A stretch of 64,000 nt of DNA from the NCBI GenBank assembly GCA_965238275.1, contig OZ250186.1:2016001-2080000 (forward strand), read 5' to 3'. This document shows, one piece after another, positions 19,602-29,773 of the stretch (its first letter is position 1; each line of letters begins with the position of its first letter). The notes under the pieces were generated by a model. That model searched no databases and was not told the DNA's origin. It saw nothing but the letters and a program-made list of their open reading frames with translations. Source of the DNA: Nitrosopumilus sp. GTDB taxonomy: Archaea > Thermoproteota > Nitrososphaeria > Nitrososphaerales > Nitrosopumilaceae. The translations under genes and the position numbers were made by a program.

Positions 19602-19904
19602 TCAGGCGTCTACGTATATGCCGTCGTCTCGGACCTCTACAGGGTACGTCCTCAGCTTGACATCCTTGAGATAGTCCATAAGATCCCCTGTCTTGATGTT
19701 GTAGTGCCAAAAGTGCAGCGGGCATTCCACGATGTCGCCGTCAAGTTTTCCCAGCGCGATCGAGCCGTCTTGGTGGACGCACAGGTTATCCATTGCATGG
19801 TACCCGTCCTGGTTGAATATGGCAATCTTTCTTCCGTCCATGTTAAACGCCCTGCCGCTTCCGGGATTCACGGCGCCCTTGAGTGCGATCTTTTTCCAAG
19901 CCAA
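19602..19904 (-). CDS. Rieske [2Fe-2S] ferredoxin
   Basis: CVH...CPLH ligands. Confidence 0.9.
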   Translation of the reverse strand: MAWKKIALKGAVNPGSGRAFNMDGRKIAIFNQDGYHAMDNLCVHQDGSIALGKLDGDIVECPLHFWHYNIKTGDLMDYLKDVKLRTYPVEVRDDGIYVDA

Positions 19905-20066
19905 TGGTTTTAGGGTTTTATTGGCATTTATTTAGATTCGTATGAGGGGGTACCCCGAATATGAGGCATTGCCGTTTTTGGGATTGGAATGGTGCAATGC
20001 ATAGATCATATCTCCGGACGGTTGCCAGTACGGATCTTCGTGTATGTTGTTGTGCCCAGCCTATTA

Positions 20067-21308
20067 CTACCAGCTGCTTGCGTATCTCTTCTGCTCGGGG
20101 GTAAGCCTGTCAATCCCCACATCCATGGCCTTGAGTGCGTCAACTGCCACCTGCCTGTCAATCTTGGCAGGAACGTTGGTTATCTTGTTTTCCATGGTGC
20201 CGTGGTTTTCAAGGATGTGCATGATGGAGAGGATCTGGTTTGAGAAGGACTGCGCCATGACCTCAGGGGGATGGCCCTCTGCGGCAACCAGGTTTGCAAG
20301 ACGGCCCTGCCCGACAAGATACACCTTCTTTCCATTACCCAGCGTGCACTCGTCAAGGTTTGGCCGCACCTCCCGGACGGATTCAGACTCGTTTAGGAGA
20401 AACTTGCAGTCAATCTCGACATCAAAGTGGCCCACGTTGCCCAGGATTGCACCGTCGCGCATCCTGAGGATGTGCTCCTTTCTTATCACGCTGGTCATTC
20501 CTGTACAGGTTATGAAGATGTCCCCGATTCTTGCAGCCTTTGCCATCGGCATCACCTCGAATCCGTCCATGTGTGCCTCCAGGGCCTTGACGGGATCAAC
20601 TTCGGTAACTATCACCTTGCATCCCATGCCCCGGCACCTTGCAGAGACGCCCTTGCCTACCCAGCCATACCCCACGACGACGGCACGCTTTGATGCCATG
20701 AGCAGGTTCATGGCACGCAGGTAACCGTCGATGGTGCTCTGTCCGGTGCCATACCGGTTATCAAACATGTGCTTGGTGTGCGCCTCGTTTACCAGTATTA
20801 CGGGATACCGCAGCTTGCCCTGGTTCTCCACTGCGCGTATTCGGGTCACCCCGGCAGTGGTCTCTTCGGTTGCCCCGATAATCTTCATGCTGCTGAACCT
20901 CTTATCAAAGTGCGCCTTGATGTTCATGTCGGCACCGTCGTCAGTCAGGATGACCGGCTTGTGTTTTAGCACCTGGTCTATGCACCAGTCGTACTCCTTG
21001 ACAGACTGCCCGTTCCAGGCATACACGTGAATTCCCTGAGATGCCAGAAATGCGGCAACGTCGTCCTGCGTGGTCAGCGGATTCCCGCCGCAGCAGGCAA
21101 CGGTCGCGCCAAGCTCCTTGGCGCCCATGAGCAGGACCGATGTCTCCTTTGTGATGTGCAGGCAGAACCCGATGGTTATGCCCTCAAGGGGCTTTGAGGG
21201 CCTGAGCCTGTCAATGGTGTTGTTTAGAATCTGCATGTGCGACTTTGCCCATTCATAGGATCGCTTCCCGTCGCTGATCATCTTCTTGCTGGTCTTTACC
21301 TTGCTCAA
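20067..21308 (-). CDS. ahcY: Adenosylhomocysteinase
   Basis: CLHITKET, EETTAG, FDNRYGTGQS, GYGWVGKG, GHPPEVM; TTG start 21308. Confidence 0.96.
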   Translation of the reverse strand: MSKVKTSKKMISDGKRSYEWAKSHMQILNNTIDRLRPSKPLEGITIGFCLHITKETSVLLMGAKELGATVACCGGNPLTTQDDVAAFLASQGIHVYAWNGQSVKEYDWCIDQVLKHKPVILTDDGADMNIKAHFDKRFSSMKIIGATEETTAGVTRIRAVENQGKLRYPVILVNEAHTKHMFDNRYGTGQSTIDGYLRAMNLLMASKRAVVVGYGWVGKGVSARCRGMGCKVIVTEVDPVKALEAHMDGFEVMPMAKAARIGDIFITCTGMTSVIRKEHILRMRDGAILGNVGHFDVEIDCKFLLNESESVREVRPNLDECTLGNGKKVYLVGQGRLANLVAAEGHPPEVMAQSFSNQILSIMHILENHGTMENKITNVPAKIDRQVAVDALKAMDVGIDRLTPEQKRYASSW

Positions 21309-21522
21309 CGACGAAACCTCCTGACCGGAATATAAAATCCTATCAAAGACTGGCCCGGCATGGTCTGGTTGATTCTGCAAATAGCCTGTCTTGCTGTGGG
21401 CGGCGGCCTGAACCGGCACACGCAGGCTCAGCCGTCAGATAACAGTGTACGGCACCAAGAAAAACACCCGGATGACAACATCAGGCGCACCGGTCACACG
21501 AAAATTCCATGGCATGGTATGG

Positions 21523-22734
21523 TTATTTTTTTGTGGCACTGACCAGGGATATCACGTCCCGGTCCCTCAGTTGGTAGTCTGTGGGAAGTCTCAGGTTGTA
21601 TCTGAGATCGTTTGCGTACAGCAGCCCCTTGGTCAGGTCCGTGTGAATCTCCCTTGCAAGATCCCGGACAGTCGAGCCGTCCTTTAGCAGGATTAGATCA
21701 GGCAGGATCCTGCCCTTCCCGTCAGAGAGGTTCTTTGCATCGGCCACGGGATATATCGAGTTCATCTTGAGCAGTTTGAAGACTGCCACGTTTATTGCAA
21801 ACTGGACCCCGGTCTGCATGTACTCGCCCATGATCCCCCTTTTGATGATGTCCAGGGCCCCGATCTGCTTCTCCGTGAGATCCTCAGGCCGGATTATCTC
21901 AAACTGCTCGGAGCCCGGGGAGTATCTTATCATGCCCTTTTGCTCTGCGCGCCTGAGGCTGAACTCGCTGTCGCCGCTTACCGGAATCACTATGGAATCA
22001 ACATACCTCTCCCTAAGCCGTACAAAGTTCTTGTCTGCGCCTTCAACGTCGATCTTGTTTGCCACAATCAGCGTGGGCTTTGAGATTTTTCTGAGAACCG
22101 CCACAAACTGCTTGCTCTCAGTCATGTCAAAATCATCAAACGGCTTGTCCCCGAGTTTGGTCTCTGCCAGCGCGGCCAGGACGTGTGCCCTTTTGACCCC
22201 GATGCCGCGGTAGAGATCGGTGATCGTGGTGGCAGTATCGGCACCGTCGTTGATCAGTTTTGAGACCTTGCCCCGGTTTCCCTCCAGAATCTTGTGGTAC
22301 CACATGAGCAGCTCCTCTTCAATGTCTGCAAAGTCAGAGATTGGATCGCCTGTCCCGACGCTGGTGATTCTTCCGGCAGAGTCGATTCCTCCGGAGGCAT
22401 CGACTACGTGAAGCAGTGCGTCAGACTGGGCTGCGACTGACAGGAAACGGTTCCCAAGGCCCTTTCCCCTCCACGCATCCTTGATCAGGCCCGGCAGGTC
22501 TATGAGTTCAATCGGGATGTATCTCCACCCGTCAACGCACTTTGAGTTGTTTGGGTTGTCCTGGACTTGGAACTCCGGATGCACGCACAGCGACACTGCG
22601 TGTCCTGTTCCGGAGACGGGGGACTTTGTGGTGAACGGGTACGATGAGATCTTTTCAGAGGAGATGGTGGCAGAGTTGAAGAACGTGGTCTTGCCGGTAT
22701 TTGTCTTTCCTACAAGGCCTATCTTGAGGGTCAT
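21523..22734 (-). CDS. ychF: YchF/Obg-family ATPase/GTPase with TGS domain
   Basis: GKTNTGKT, YPFTT, DLPG, NKID. Confidence 0.9.
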   Translation of the reverse strand: MTLKIGLVGKTNTGKTTFFNSATISSEKISSYPFTTKSPVSGTGHAVSLCVHPEFQVQDNPNNSKCVDGWRYIPIELIDLPGLIKDAWRGKGLGNRFLSVAAQSDALLHVVDASGGIDSAGRITSVGTGDPISDFADIEEELLMWYHKILEGNRGKVSKLINDGADTATTITDLYRGIGVKRAHVLAALAETKLGDKPFDDFDMTESKQFVAVLRKISKPTLIVANKIDVEGADKNFVRLRERYVDSIVIPVSGDSEFSLRRAEQKGMIRYSPGSEQFEIIRPEDLTEKQIGALDIIKRGIMGEYMQTGVQFAINVAVFKLLKMNSIYPVADAKNLSDGKGRILPDLILLKDGSTVRDLAREIHTDLTKGLLYANDLRYNLRLPTDYQLRDRDVISLVSATKK

Positions 22735-22788
22735 GTAATGGTTGCAGCCTCAGAATATTTATAATGTTAGAGTCGCGGCGAAGGCTGC

Positions 22789-23166
22789 TCAGTCATGGCA
22801 GTCAGCATGTGCGGATTTCTTGATTCTTTCAATGGAGTCGCTGATGTTTCTCAGCGCCCAGTCAATCTCGGAGAGATCCTCAGGGGACAGGGAGTCGTGC
22901 CATTTCTCCAGGATTGGGTCTGCAATGTCAGAACAGCCTGACAGCACCTGCCAGTACGGATGGTGCTCGGCAGTGGCATGTGCGAGTTCTGCCACGTCGG
23001 ACAGGCCGGCCTTTGCCCTTGCAATCGGGGTGATCCTCTGATCGAGTATCCTGATGATGCCAGAGTCGGCGTCCCCCTCAATCTTCAGATGGAGGCCATG
23101 CCGCTCATGCCTCTCTGCCAGATTAATCAGATCGTCGTAAAAGTCCTCAAGGCTGCTGCCGGTCAT
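22789..23166 (-). CDS. Hypothetical protein
   Basis: ORF overlapping stop of upstream gene; start MTGSS. Confidence 0.7.
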   Translation of the reverse strand: MTGSSLEDFYDDLINLAERHERHGLHLKIEGDADSGIIRILDQRITPIARAKAGLSDVAELAHATAEHHPYWQVLSGCSDIADPILEKWHDSLSPEDLSEIDWALRNISDSIERIKKSAHADCHD

Positions 23167-23576
23167 GACAGCAGCCTCCTGTGTTCTGCCAGCATGCACC
23201 TGTTAAAGACGATTGGGATTCCCTCCCTTGCAGCCAGGTCCTCGGCATCCTGGTTGTGTATTCCCTCCTGCAGCCAGATTACCTTGGGCCTCTTTTGGAT
23301 GGCCTCCTGCACAAACGGTATCACCTGATCAGAGGGGCGGAATATCTCTATAACGTCAACATCGTTTTGTATCTCCAGGACAGAACCGTACGCCCTGCGT
23401 CCCATGATTTCATCTGCTGCAGGATTAACCGGAATCACGTCATAACCATTCTCCGAGAGGTATCTGGGCACGTAGTGTGCGGCCTTTGCAGGGTCCCTGG
23501 ACATGCCGATTACGGCCACGCGCCTCAATGAAAGGATGTCGCGAATCTGCCCGTCAGTATGCGTGTCGGTTTTCAT
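23163..23576 (-). CDS. CoA-binding protein (YccU-like)
   Basis: VAVIGMS, VIPVNP, IWLQEGI, NRC. Confidence 0.9.
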   Translation of the reverse strand: MKTDTHTDGQIRDILSLRRVAVIGMSRDPAKAAHYVPRYLSENGYDVIPVNPAADEIMGRRAYGSVLEIQNDVDVIEIFRPSDQVIPFVQEAIQKRPKVIWLQEGIHNQDAEDLAAREGIPIVFNRCMLAEHRRLLS

Positions 23577-23770
23577 GATATGGGTCAGGGCATGCAGAAT
23601 ATAATTTGAATTATCGGGCATCCGGATGATTCTTGCACATCCGGTTATTGTGGCGGCGTCATCTTCAGTCAGAATGCCTGGCAGATTCAGTCATTCCAGA
23701 CATGATCCGGGCATTCCCAGGTATGATGAGGGTACAAAGGATTTTTTAATGACACGCATTTGACCTAGTC

Positions 23771-24301
23771 ATGGAAGAAGAACCGAATGACATGATGGTT
23801 TTGGGCGCCATAATGCGCGGCACGAAAAAATTTCAAAAGATACAAAAATCCACAAAGATCGACCCCGAGGAGCTCGAATCAATCCTGGAAAAGCTAGAGG
23901 AGCGCAGATTCATCCAGATAGTGGATAAGAAGGGATGGATGGGAAGGAAGGTCGAGATATTCGTCACAGAAGAGGGGGCAAAGGAGGTTGACGAGCGCAT
24001 CCATGAGCTCCAGTCAAAATGGGGCCAGATGTCGGCAGTCTACAAGACAGGAAACAAGGAAAAGATGAAGAGATGCATGGATGACAATAGATCATTCCTG
24101 CCCATGATGATGTTCTTTGGAATCATGGACATTATGATGTTTAGCATGATGTTTAACATGATGGGCATGACAATGACAGACTATGTCCCTGCAGAAAGCA
24201 TGCCAGAGGGCATGGAGGGCGCCGGCATGGATGATGCGGGAGCCGACGCGGGCATGGACGGGGACATGGGCGGCGGATTTGACTTTGACGTCGGATTTTA
24301 G
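23771..24301 (+). CDS. Winged-helix protein with Met-rich hydrophobic and acidic tail
   Basis: MarR-like N-terminus (LEKLEERRFI..VTEEG); MMMFFG segment; GGGFDFDVGF end. Confidence 0.7.
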   Translation: MEEEPNDMMVLGAIMRGTKKFQKIQKSTKIDPEELESILEKLEERRFIQIVDKKGWMGRKVEIFVTEEGAKEVDERIHELQSKWGQMSAVYKTGNKEKMKRCMDDNRSFLPMMMFFGIMDIMMFSMMFNMMGMTMTDYVPAESMPEGMEGAGMDDAGADAGMDGDMGGGFDFDVGF

Positions 24302-24337
24302 GCGGCATTTTATACGGGAACCAAAGATCACCCGTAA

Positions 24338-25345
24338 TTGAACTACAACTCCTTTGAGAATCCGGGACTGGTAAAGGTTCTCAGGTTCCTGCAGGCACAC
24401 AGCGACGAATACCTGTCAGGGCAGGACCTGAGCGACGTGCTGAGGATCAGCAGGGTGGCAGTATGGAAGCACATCAGGAAGATCCGGGAACTGGGTTACT
24501 CTGTAGAATCAAGACAAAAGCTTGGATACAGGCTCTTGGCAGACTCTGACAGACTGCTGCCGTGGGAGGTTACCTCAGGACTGAAGACTGATGTCATCGG
24601 GCAGAGGGCATACTACTTTGAATCCACAGACTCCACCCAGGCGCAGTCCCTAAGGCTTGCAGCGGATCCTGCAAACAACGGGGCCATAGTAACTGCGGCA
24701 AGGCAGACTGACGGAAGGGGAAGGAGCGGGAGGAGGTGGATCTCGCAGGATGGCGGGATCTGGTTTTCAGTCATACTGCAGCCGGAATTTGAGATCTCGG
24801 ATGCCACGCTGTTTCCAATTGCGTCATCAGTCGCCCTCTCAGAGGCAATAGAGAAGACGTTTGGAATTTCTCCGGAGTTGAAATGGCCAAACGACCTGAC
24901 CATTAACGGCAAAAAGGTTGCAGGGATGCTAGTCGATGCGTCGATGGAGTCAAACAGGATCCAAAACATGATCCTCGGGGTGGGGATAAACTTCGATGTC
25001 GATACCGGCAGAATAGAGGATGCGCTAAAGGACAGCCCGGGATTCTACGGTGCATCGTCGCTGAGCCACGACGGGGAAAAAAAGGTCAGGCCGGTGCAGC
25101 TGGTCCAGGCATTCCTGATTGCGCTGGAAAGAGTCTGCAACGAACTGGGTGCAGGGCGTGCAGAAAGGATAGTTTCAGAATGGACGGGGAGATCATCTAC
25201 CATCGGGAGGCATGTGGAACTGGATGCGCCGGACGGAAGAATCAGCGGGAGGGCCGTAAGGATTGACACGGATGGCGCCCTGGTGGTCCTGCAGAGTGGC
25301 GTATCACACAGGATCATAGCAGGGGACATAACAAGTTCGTCCTGA
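24338..25345 (+). CDS. birA: Bifunctional biotin-protein ligase/repressor
   Basis: N-terminal HTH SRVAVWKHI; QTDGRGRSGRRW; KWPND; KKVAGML. Confidence 0.95.
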   Translation: MNYNSFENPGLVKVLRFLQAHSDEYLSGQDLSDVLRISRVAVWKHIRKIRELGYSVESRQKLGYRLLADSDRLLPWEVTSGLKTDVIGQRAYYFESTDSTQAQSLRLAADPANNGAIVTAARQTDGRGRSGRRWISQDGGIWFSVILQPEFEISDATLFPIASSVALSEAIEKTFGISPELKWPNDLTINGKKVAGMLVDASMESNRIQNMILGVGINFDVDTGRIEDALKDSPGFYGASSLSHDGEKKVRPVQLVQAFLIALERVCNELGAGRAERIVSEWTGRSSTIGRHVELDAPDGRISGRAVRIDTDGALVVLQSGVSHRIIAGDITSSS

Positions 25346-25617
25346 TTATCATGTGCGGCACATTGAACGCGGGGCGTCTTGGATGGCAGCCGGCCCAGCC
25401 GGAACGGACTGCCCCGGGGATCCGGCCACGTCAATCGCATCATGCGCCGTCGCGCGCATGCCGCACTTGTGAGAAGGGCATTGCAGTGATTCATGTGGGC
25501 GCTGGCATCTGCCGCAGCCGCAGTCGTTCTGGCAGACAACCATGTCCGGTTTTTGGAACGGCCCGAGTGTCCCCATGAAGAGATCGATTTATTATAAGCC
25601 ATACACATGGGGAGCTT

Positions 25618-26196
25618 ATGCAATCAAATTCCCCCAATGATATTACAGACCGCTACAAGCATTTGTCGCTGTTTTGGACCGACATCCTACACCTGATGTC
25701 AGGCAAGCCACATGCGCTTACCTCCGTGGGTCCGATGAGGGCGTTTGCTACAAACTCAAAAAAAATCTCCACGGAGATGATTGAGATTAACGAGGACCTG
25801 ATGGAATTCAACAAGTACCTTGCAGAATACTATGAACAGCTCATGGAGACGTGGAATACTGCCCAGAAAAAGGTCAACCAGAAGGCGCTGAAGATTCCCC
25901 GGGATACAGAACAGGCAGAGGCCCTCAAAAGGGCATGGATAAACATCTTTGACAATGACTTTACGGAGCTGTTTGATTCTGCAAAATTCGGGGAAAATTA
26001 CGGAATGCTAGTCTCCAAGGAGCTAGAGCTGGCAAAGCACTGGAATGTCATAGTCAGCACCATCCTAAAGTCTGCAAACATTCCAAGCAAGGAGGAGATG
26101 GACGAGATATACAAGGAGGTTCACTCTCTTAAAAAACGAATTAGCAGGCTGGAGATGGAGCTAAAAAAGGCGGGAATGAGAAAAAATGCAAAGTAG
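25618..26196 (+). CDS. phaE: Class III PHA synthase subunit PhaE
   Basis: IPSKEEMDEIYKEVHSLKKRI tail; overlaps phaC start. Confidence 0.85.
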   Translation: MQSNSPNDITDRYKHLSLFWTDILHLMSGKPHALTSVGPMRAFATNSKKISTEMIEINEDLMEFNKYLAEYYEQLMETWNTAQKKVNQKALKIPRDTEQAEALKRAWINIFDNDFTELFDSAKFGENYGMLVSKELELAKHWNVIVSTILKSANIPSKEEMDEIYKEVHSLKKRISRLEMELKKAGMRKNAK

Positions 26197-27250
26197 TCCC
26201 AGGCTGGATCCCAGAATAATAGAGGAGATGATCAGGTTCGGCGAGAACGTGGTCAAGGCGCCAAGGATGGTCGCAGCGCCAGACGAGATCAACATGGAGG
26301 TAACCCCGCACAGCGTGGTGCAGAAGATCGACAAGACAAGGTTGCTGCGCTACAAGCCCCTTACAGACAGGCAGCACAGGACGCCGTTGCTCATATCGTA
26401 TGCCCTGATCAACAGGTTTCACATACTGGACATCCATCCCCAAAAGAGCTGGATACGAAACCTGCTGCTGCAGGGGTTTGACGTATACGTGCTGGACTGG
26501 GGAACGCCGACCAACATGGACAAGTATCTTGATTTTGACGACTATGTAAACGGGTATCTGGATTATTACGTAGAGTACATCAAAAACGAGTCAGCAGTCG
26601 AAAAGATCTCCCTTCAGGGGTATTGCACAGGCGCCACCATCACCACGGTATACGCAGCGCTGCACCCGGAGAATGTAAAGAACTACGTATCAACGGCGCC
26701 TGTCATTGACGGATGGCACGACACCACCGTAATCAGCAATCTTGCAAAGCACATGGATGTGGACAAGATGGTAGAGACTATTGGAAACATGCCCCCGGAG
26801 TTCATGTACTACTGCTTTTCGGTGCTCAAGCCGTTTGAGCAGGGACTGGAAAAATATGTCAACTTTTTCAAAAACATAGACGACAAAAAATTTGTCGACG
26901 GCTTTCTCAGAATCGAGCGGTGGTTAAGCGACACGCCGCCGATTCCAGGCGAGCTGTTCAGGCAGTGGATCAAAAACATCTACCAGGACAACCTGCTAAT
27001 CCAGAACAAGATGTACGTGGGCGGGGACCACATAAATCTGAAGAACATAGACATGCCTGCATTCACCCAGATAGCAGTCGGGGATCATCTGGTGTCCCCG
27101 GAGTGCAGCATGCCGCTGCACTACGCCATCGGAAGCCAGGACAAGACGATGAGGATATACCCGTCAGGCCACGTTGGAATGATCGCCAGCTCCCTGTCGC
27201 AAAAAAGGGTGCTGCCCGAGCTGGGGCAGTGGCTTGCCGAGAGATCATAG
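26186..27250 (+). CDS. phaC: Class III PHA synthase subunit PhaC
   Basis: PLLISYALINR..LD, LDWG, GYCTG catalytic Cys, DHLV, GHVG. Confidence 0.93.
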   Translation: MQSSPRLDPRIIEEMIRFGENVVKAPRMVAAPDEINMEVTPHSVVQKIDKTRLLRYKPLTDRQHRTPLLISYALINRFHILDIHPQKSWIRNLLLQGFDVYVLDWGTPTNMDKYLDFDDYVNGYLDYYVEYIKNESAVEKISLQGYCTGATITTVYAALHPENVKNYVSTAPVIDGWHDTTVISNLAKHMDVDKMVETIGNMPPEFMYYCFSVLKPFEQGLEKYVNFFKNIDDKKFVDGFLRIERWLSDTPPIPGELFRQWIKNIYQDNLLIQNKMYVGGDHINLKNIDMPAFTQIAVGDHLVSPECSMPLHYAIGSQDKTMRIYPSGHVGMIASSLSQKRVLPELGQWLAERS

Positions 27251-27392
27251 GCCGTGTGCACGAAAGTCTGCAGGATCATGACTGCGCCCGTCAGATGCCG
27301 TGTGATTCGCCTCCAAGGATAATGCGTGCCAGGACCTGGCAGCAGCAGCCCCGTCATTCCCGAAGGGATTGGACAAGAACCAAGCCCGGGCG

Positions 27393-27412
27393 GGCAGGCA
27401 GGCAGGCAGGCA
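27393..27412. repeat. (GGCA)5 microsatellite
   Basis: Direct reading. Confidence 0.8.
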
Positions 27413-27490
27413 GGACGTCAGAAAAGGACGGCAGTCCGCGCATCACATTCACAACGACAGACATATTACGTATTCAATGAAAATCATGGC

Positions 27491-27910
27491 ATGAAGGATG
27501 TTAGCAAACTGCTGGTCCCCCTTGACGGATCAGAAAACTCCATGAGGGGCCTGGAGATGGCAATTGTCCTTGCCAAACAGTGCAACGCATCCATTACATC
27601 GGTGCATTCCATACACACCCAGTCACACTCGTCGTTTCAAAGCATGCACGTGAATACTGAGGGTACAGACGAGTACATACAGAAAGTGATGGAAAAGGCC
27701 GAACACAACGTGACAGAGAAGGGGATCAAGTTTGACTACAAAGTGCTAAACGGCGACATAGGATACAACATAATCAAGTTTGCCCAGGAGAACGCCTTTG
27801 ATATGATCGTAATGGGTTCGCGCGGAAGGCACGGCATAAAGATGCTGTTTGGGAGCGTGACAAACTCTGTCCTGCAGTCCTCAAAGATTCCCGTGCTTGT
27901 CGTAAAGTAG
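27491..27910 (+). CDS. Universal stress protein
   Basis: LLVPLDGS, IVMGSRG..GSVT, PVLVVK. Confidence 0.92.
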   Translation: MKDVSKLLVPLDGSENSMRGLEMAIVLAKQCNASITSVHSIHTQSHSSFQSMHVNTEGTDEYIQKVMEKAEHNVTEKGIKFDYKVLNGDIGYNIIKFAQENAFDMIVMGSRGRHGIKMLFGSVTNSVLQSSKIPVLVVK

Positions 27911-27915
27911 TTCTT

Positions 27916-28389
27916 CTACGACAGTCCGTGCTTTTTAAAGTATTTTTGATGGTACTCCTCTGCACGATAGAACACGGGTGCCGGCACAATCGTAGTCACG
28001 ATGGGTCGGTCGTACCGTTTCGAGCCATCCAGCCGTTGTTTGGAGGTCTCTGCTGCATCCTTTTGTTCCGGGTTGTGATAGAATATTGCCGAGCGGTACT
28101 GGATGCCAACGTCAGGTCCCTGCCGGTTTAGTGCGGTCGGATTGTGGTTGTTCCAGAATATATCAAGGAGATCGTCATAGGAGATGATCTCCGGGTCGTA
28201 GTCGACCTCCACTGCCTCTGCATGTCCGGTCCTGTCGGTGCACACCTCCTCGTAGGTGGGGCTCGGTATGCTGCCGCCGGTATACCCGGCAGCGGTGGAT
28301 CTCACGCCGGGTGTCTTGCTAAACAGATCCTCGACATGCCAGAAGCATCCTGCGCCAAACGTAGCCTTCAAGTTGGCAGGTATTGGCAC
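27916..28389 (-). CDS. msrA: Peptide-methionine (S)-S-oxide reductase
   Basis: [26 protein letters not shown]. Confidence 0.95.
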   Translation of the reverse strand: MPIPANLKATFGAGCFWHVEDLFSKTPGVRSTAAGYTGGSIPSPTYEEVCTDRTGHAEAVEVDYDPEIISYDDLLDIFWNNHNPTALNRQGPDVGIQYRSAIFYHNPEQKDAAETSKQRLDGSKRYDRPIVTTIVPAPVFYRAEEYHQKYFKKHGLS

Positions 28390-28559
28390 CTGTCAAATTA
28401 AAACCATGCCATTGTACACGCGCCCCCCATACGGGACACTCAAAACAATGGACTTTGGCATGCGCTAGCCGTCAGTAGCGTCTCGAATATAAAAAAATAT
28501 CAGGTGGCCGTCGCTGTAAGGCTGCCCGGCCGCCGGATTATAAAAAAATCAGATTATAG

Positions 28560-28985
28560 TTATTTGGTCTTTTGTACGAATATAGAAACCCATGACTGGA
28601 AGATGTTCTTGTTTAGATCAACGAATGATTTTGTGTTGTCGTTGAATGTCTTGATGTTTCTCTGTGCTGCATCGATGGTTGCAAGTGCAATCTGGTTCTG
28701 GGTTGTTGCAGTCTTGATTACCTCGTTGCTGGCACTCTGGATTGTCTTAAGTGTGATTTCAGGAATCGTGGCTGCAAGTCCGGTCTTTGCTACATATGCC
28801 TTTTGCAGTTCAATAGCTGAACCTGTAATGCTCTCATATGCCTGAATGTACTCCTGCTGCATGTTGGTAACTGCCTGGTGGTACTGTGGCACTGACTGTC
28901 TGATGGCGCTAAACACTTTGTTCGTGTTGCTCTGATACATGGAAAATATGTCCTTTGGGTGTTCTGTGTGTTCTGTTTTACTCAT
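28560..28985 (-). CDS. Putative phasin (PhaP-like)
   Basis: Gln/Thr/Ala-rich amphipathic helical 141 aa; coupled to AbrB gene; near phaEC. Confidence 0.55.
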   Translation of the reverse strand: MSKTEHTEHPKDIFSMYQSNTNKVFSAIRQSVPQYHQAVTNMQQEYIQAYESITGSAIELQKAYVAKTGLAATIPEITLKTIQSASNEVIKTATTQNQIALATIDAAQRNIKTFNDNTKSFVDLNKNIFQSWVSIFVQKTK

Positions 28986-29407
28986 TTTTTCACCTCCTCA
29001 TTATTTGATTTTTTTGCTATTGGCAGTACAATTACTTGAACCAGGTCACCGTCCGAAAGGCCAAGCGCGTTGCGCTCAGCTTCCGGAATTGAGATCCTGC
29101 CGTTGCTGCTGATGGTCGTCTTGTATGCACCCCAGTTCATAAAGCACGAAAACATCTGTCCGATGTTAAACATCGTATCCATGCCCTTGTTCTGCATCGA
29201 GTACATGTTCTGCATCAGGTCTGACTGGGTCTGTTTGGTCTTATCAGATATCTCCTTCAGCGTTGTCAGGGGGTTGAATGTCTGGTTGTTCTGATTCGTC
29301 ATCAGAGAGCCAAAGTTCTTTACGAACTCGGCTTGTGCGTTGCCGCTCTTTTGAATCCAGTCCCTGAACATCTGTGTTGGGTCGTATTGGTTCTCATTAC
29401 CGCTCAT
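28982..29407 (-). CDS. AbrB/SpoVT-domain regulator, PhaR-like
   Basis: C-terminal ISSNGRISIPEAERNALGLSDGDLV; helical Gln/Met-rich N-terminus. Confidence 0.75.
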   Translation of the reverse strand: MSGNENQYDPTQMFRDWIQKSGNAQAEFVKNFGSLMTNQNNQTFNPLTTLKEISDKTKQTQSDLMQNMYSMQNKGMDTMFNIGQMFSCFMNWGAYKTTISSNGRISIPEAERNALGLSDGDLVQVIVLPIAKKSNNEEVKK

Positions 29408-29413
29408 TGGTAA

Positions 29414-29527
29414 GGGGAGGGATACCCAGATCTATCTCCTCAATTCCAAATCATGGCGCCGATGACATGGCAGCAAGCAGGGATGCCAAATGTTTGGGGG
29501 AGGGATACCCTCATGATTAGGGATGCC
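29414..29527. promoter_or_regulatory. Repeated AGGGAT(A/G)CC operator-like motifs upstream of the AbrB gene
   Basis: Copies at 29418, 29479, 29501, 29519; 14-mer ggggagggataccc at 29414 and 29497. Confidence 0.5.
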
Positions 29528-29773
29528 CCCTCAAAAAGGTGCCTCTGACTTGGGAATTGTTTTTGCTGCATGCCTTATTCTTCAGAAACGCCGGTCTGCA
29601 CGGGTATCATCAGGACATGTTTTATTGTGTTTTTCCTGATCAGCGTTGGGCTCCCCGCGTCAGTATCTGGGATGGGCGGATTGTTTGTACCGGTGTATCA
29701 GGCTCATTTGGCAGCACTTACCATGTCACGCAGCCGCCTTAATCAGGCCAGACGATGCGTTGTGCATGAATTC

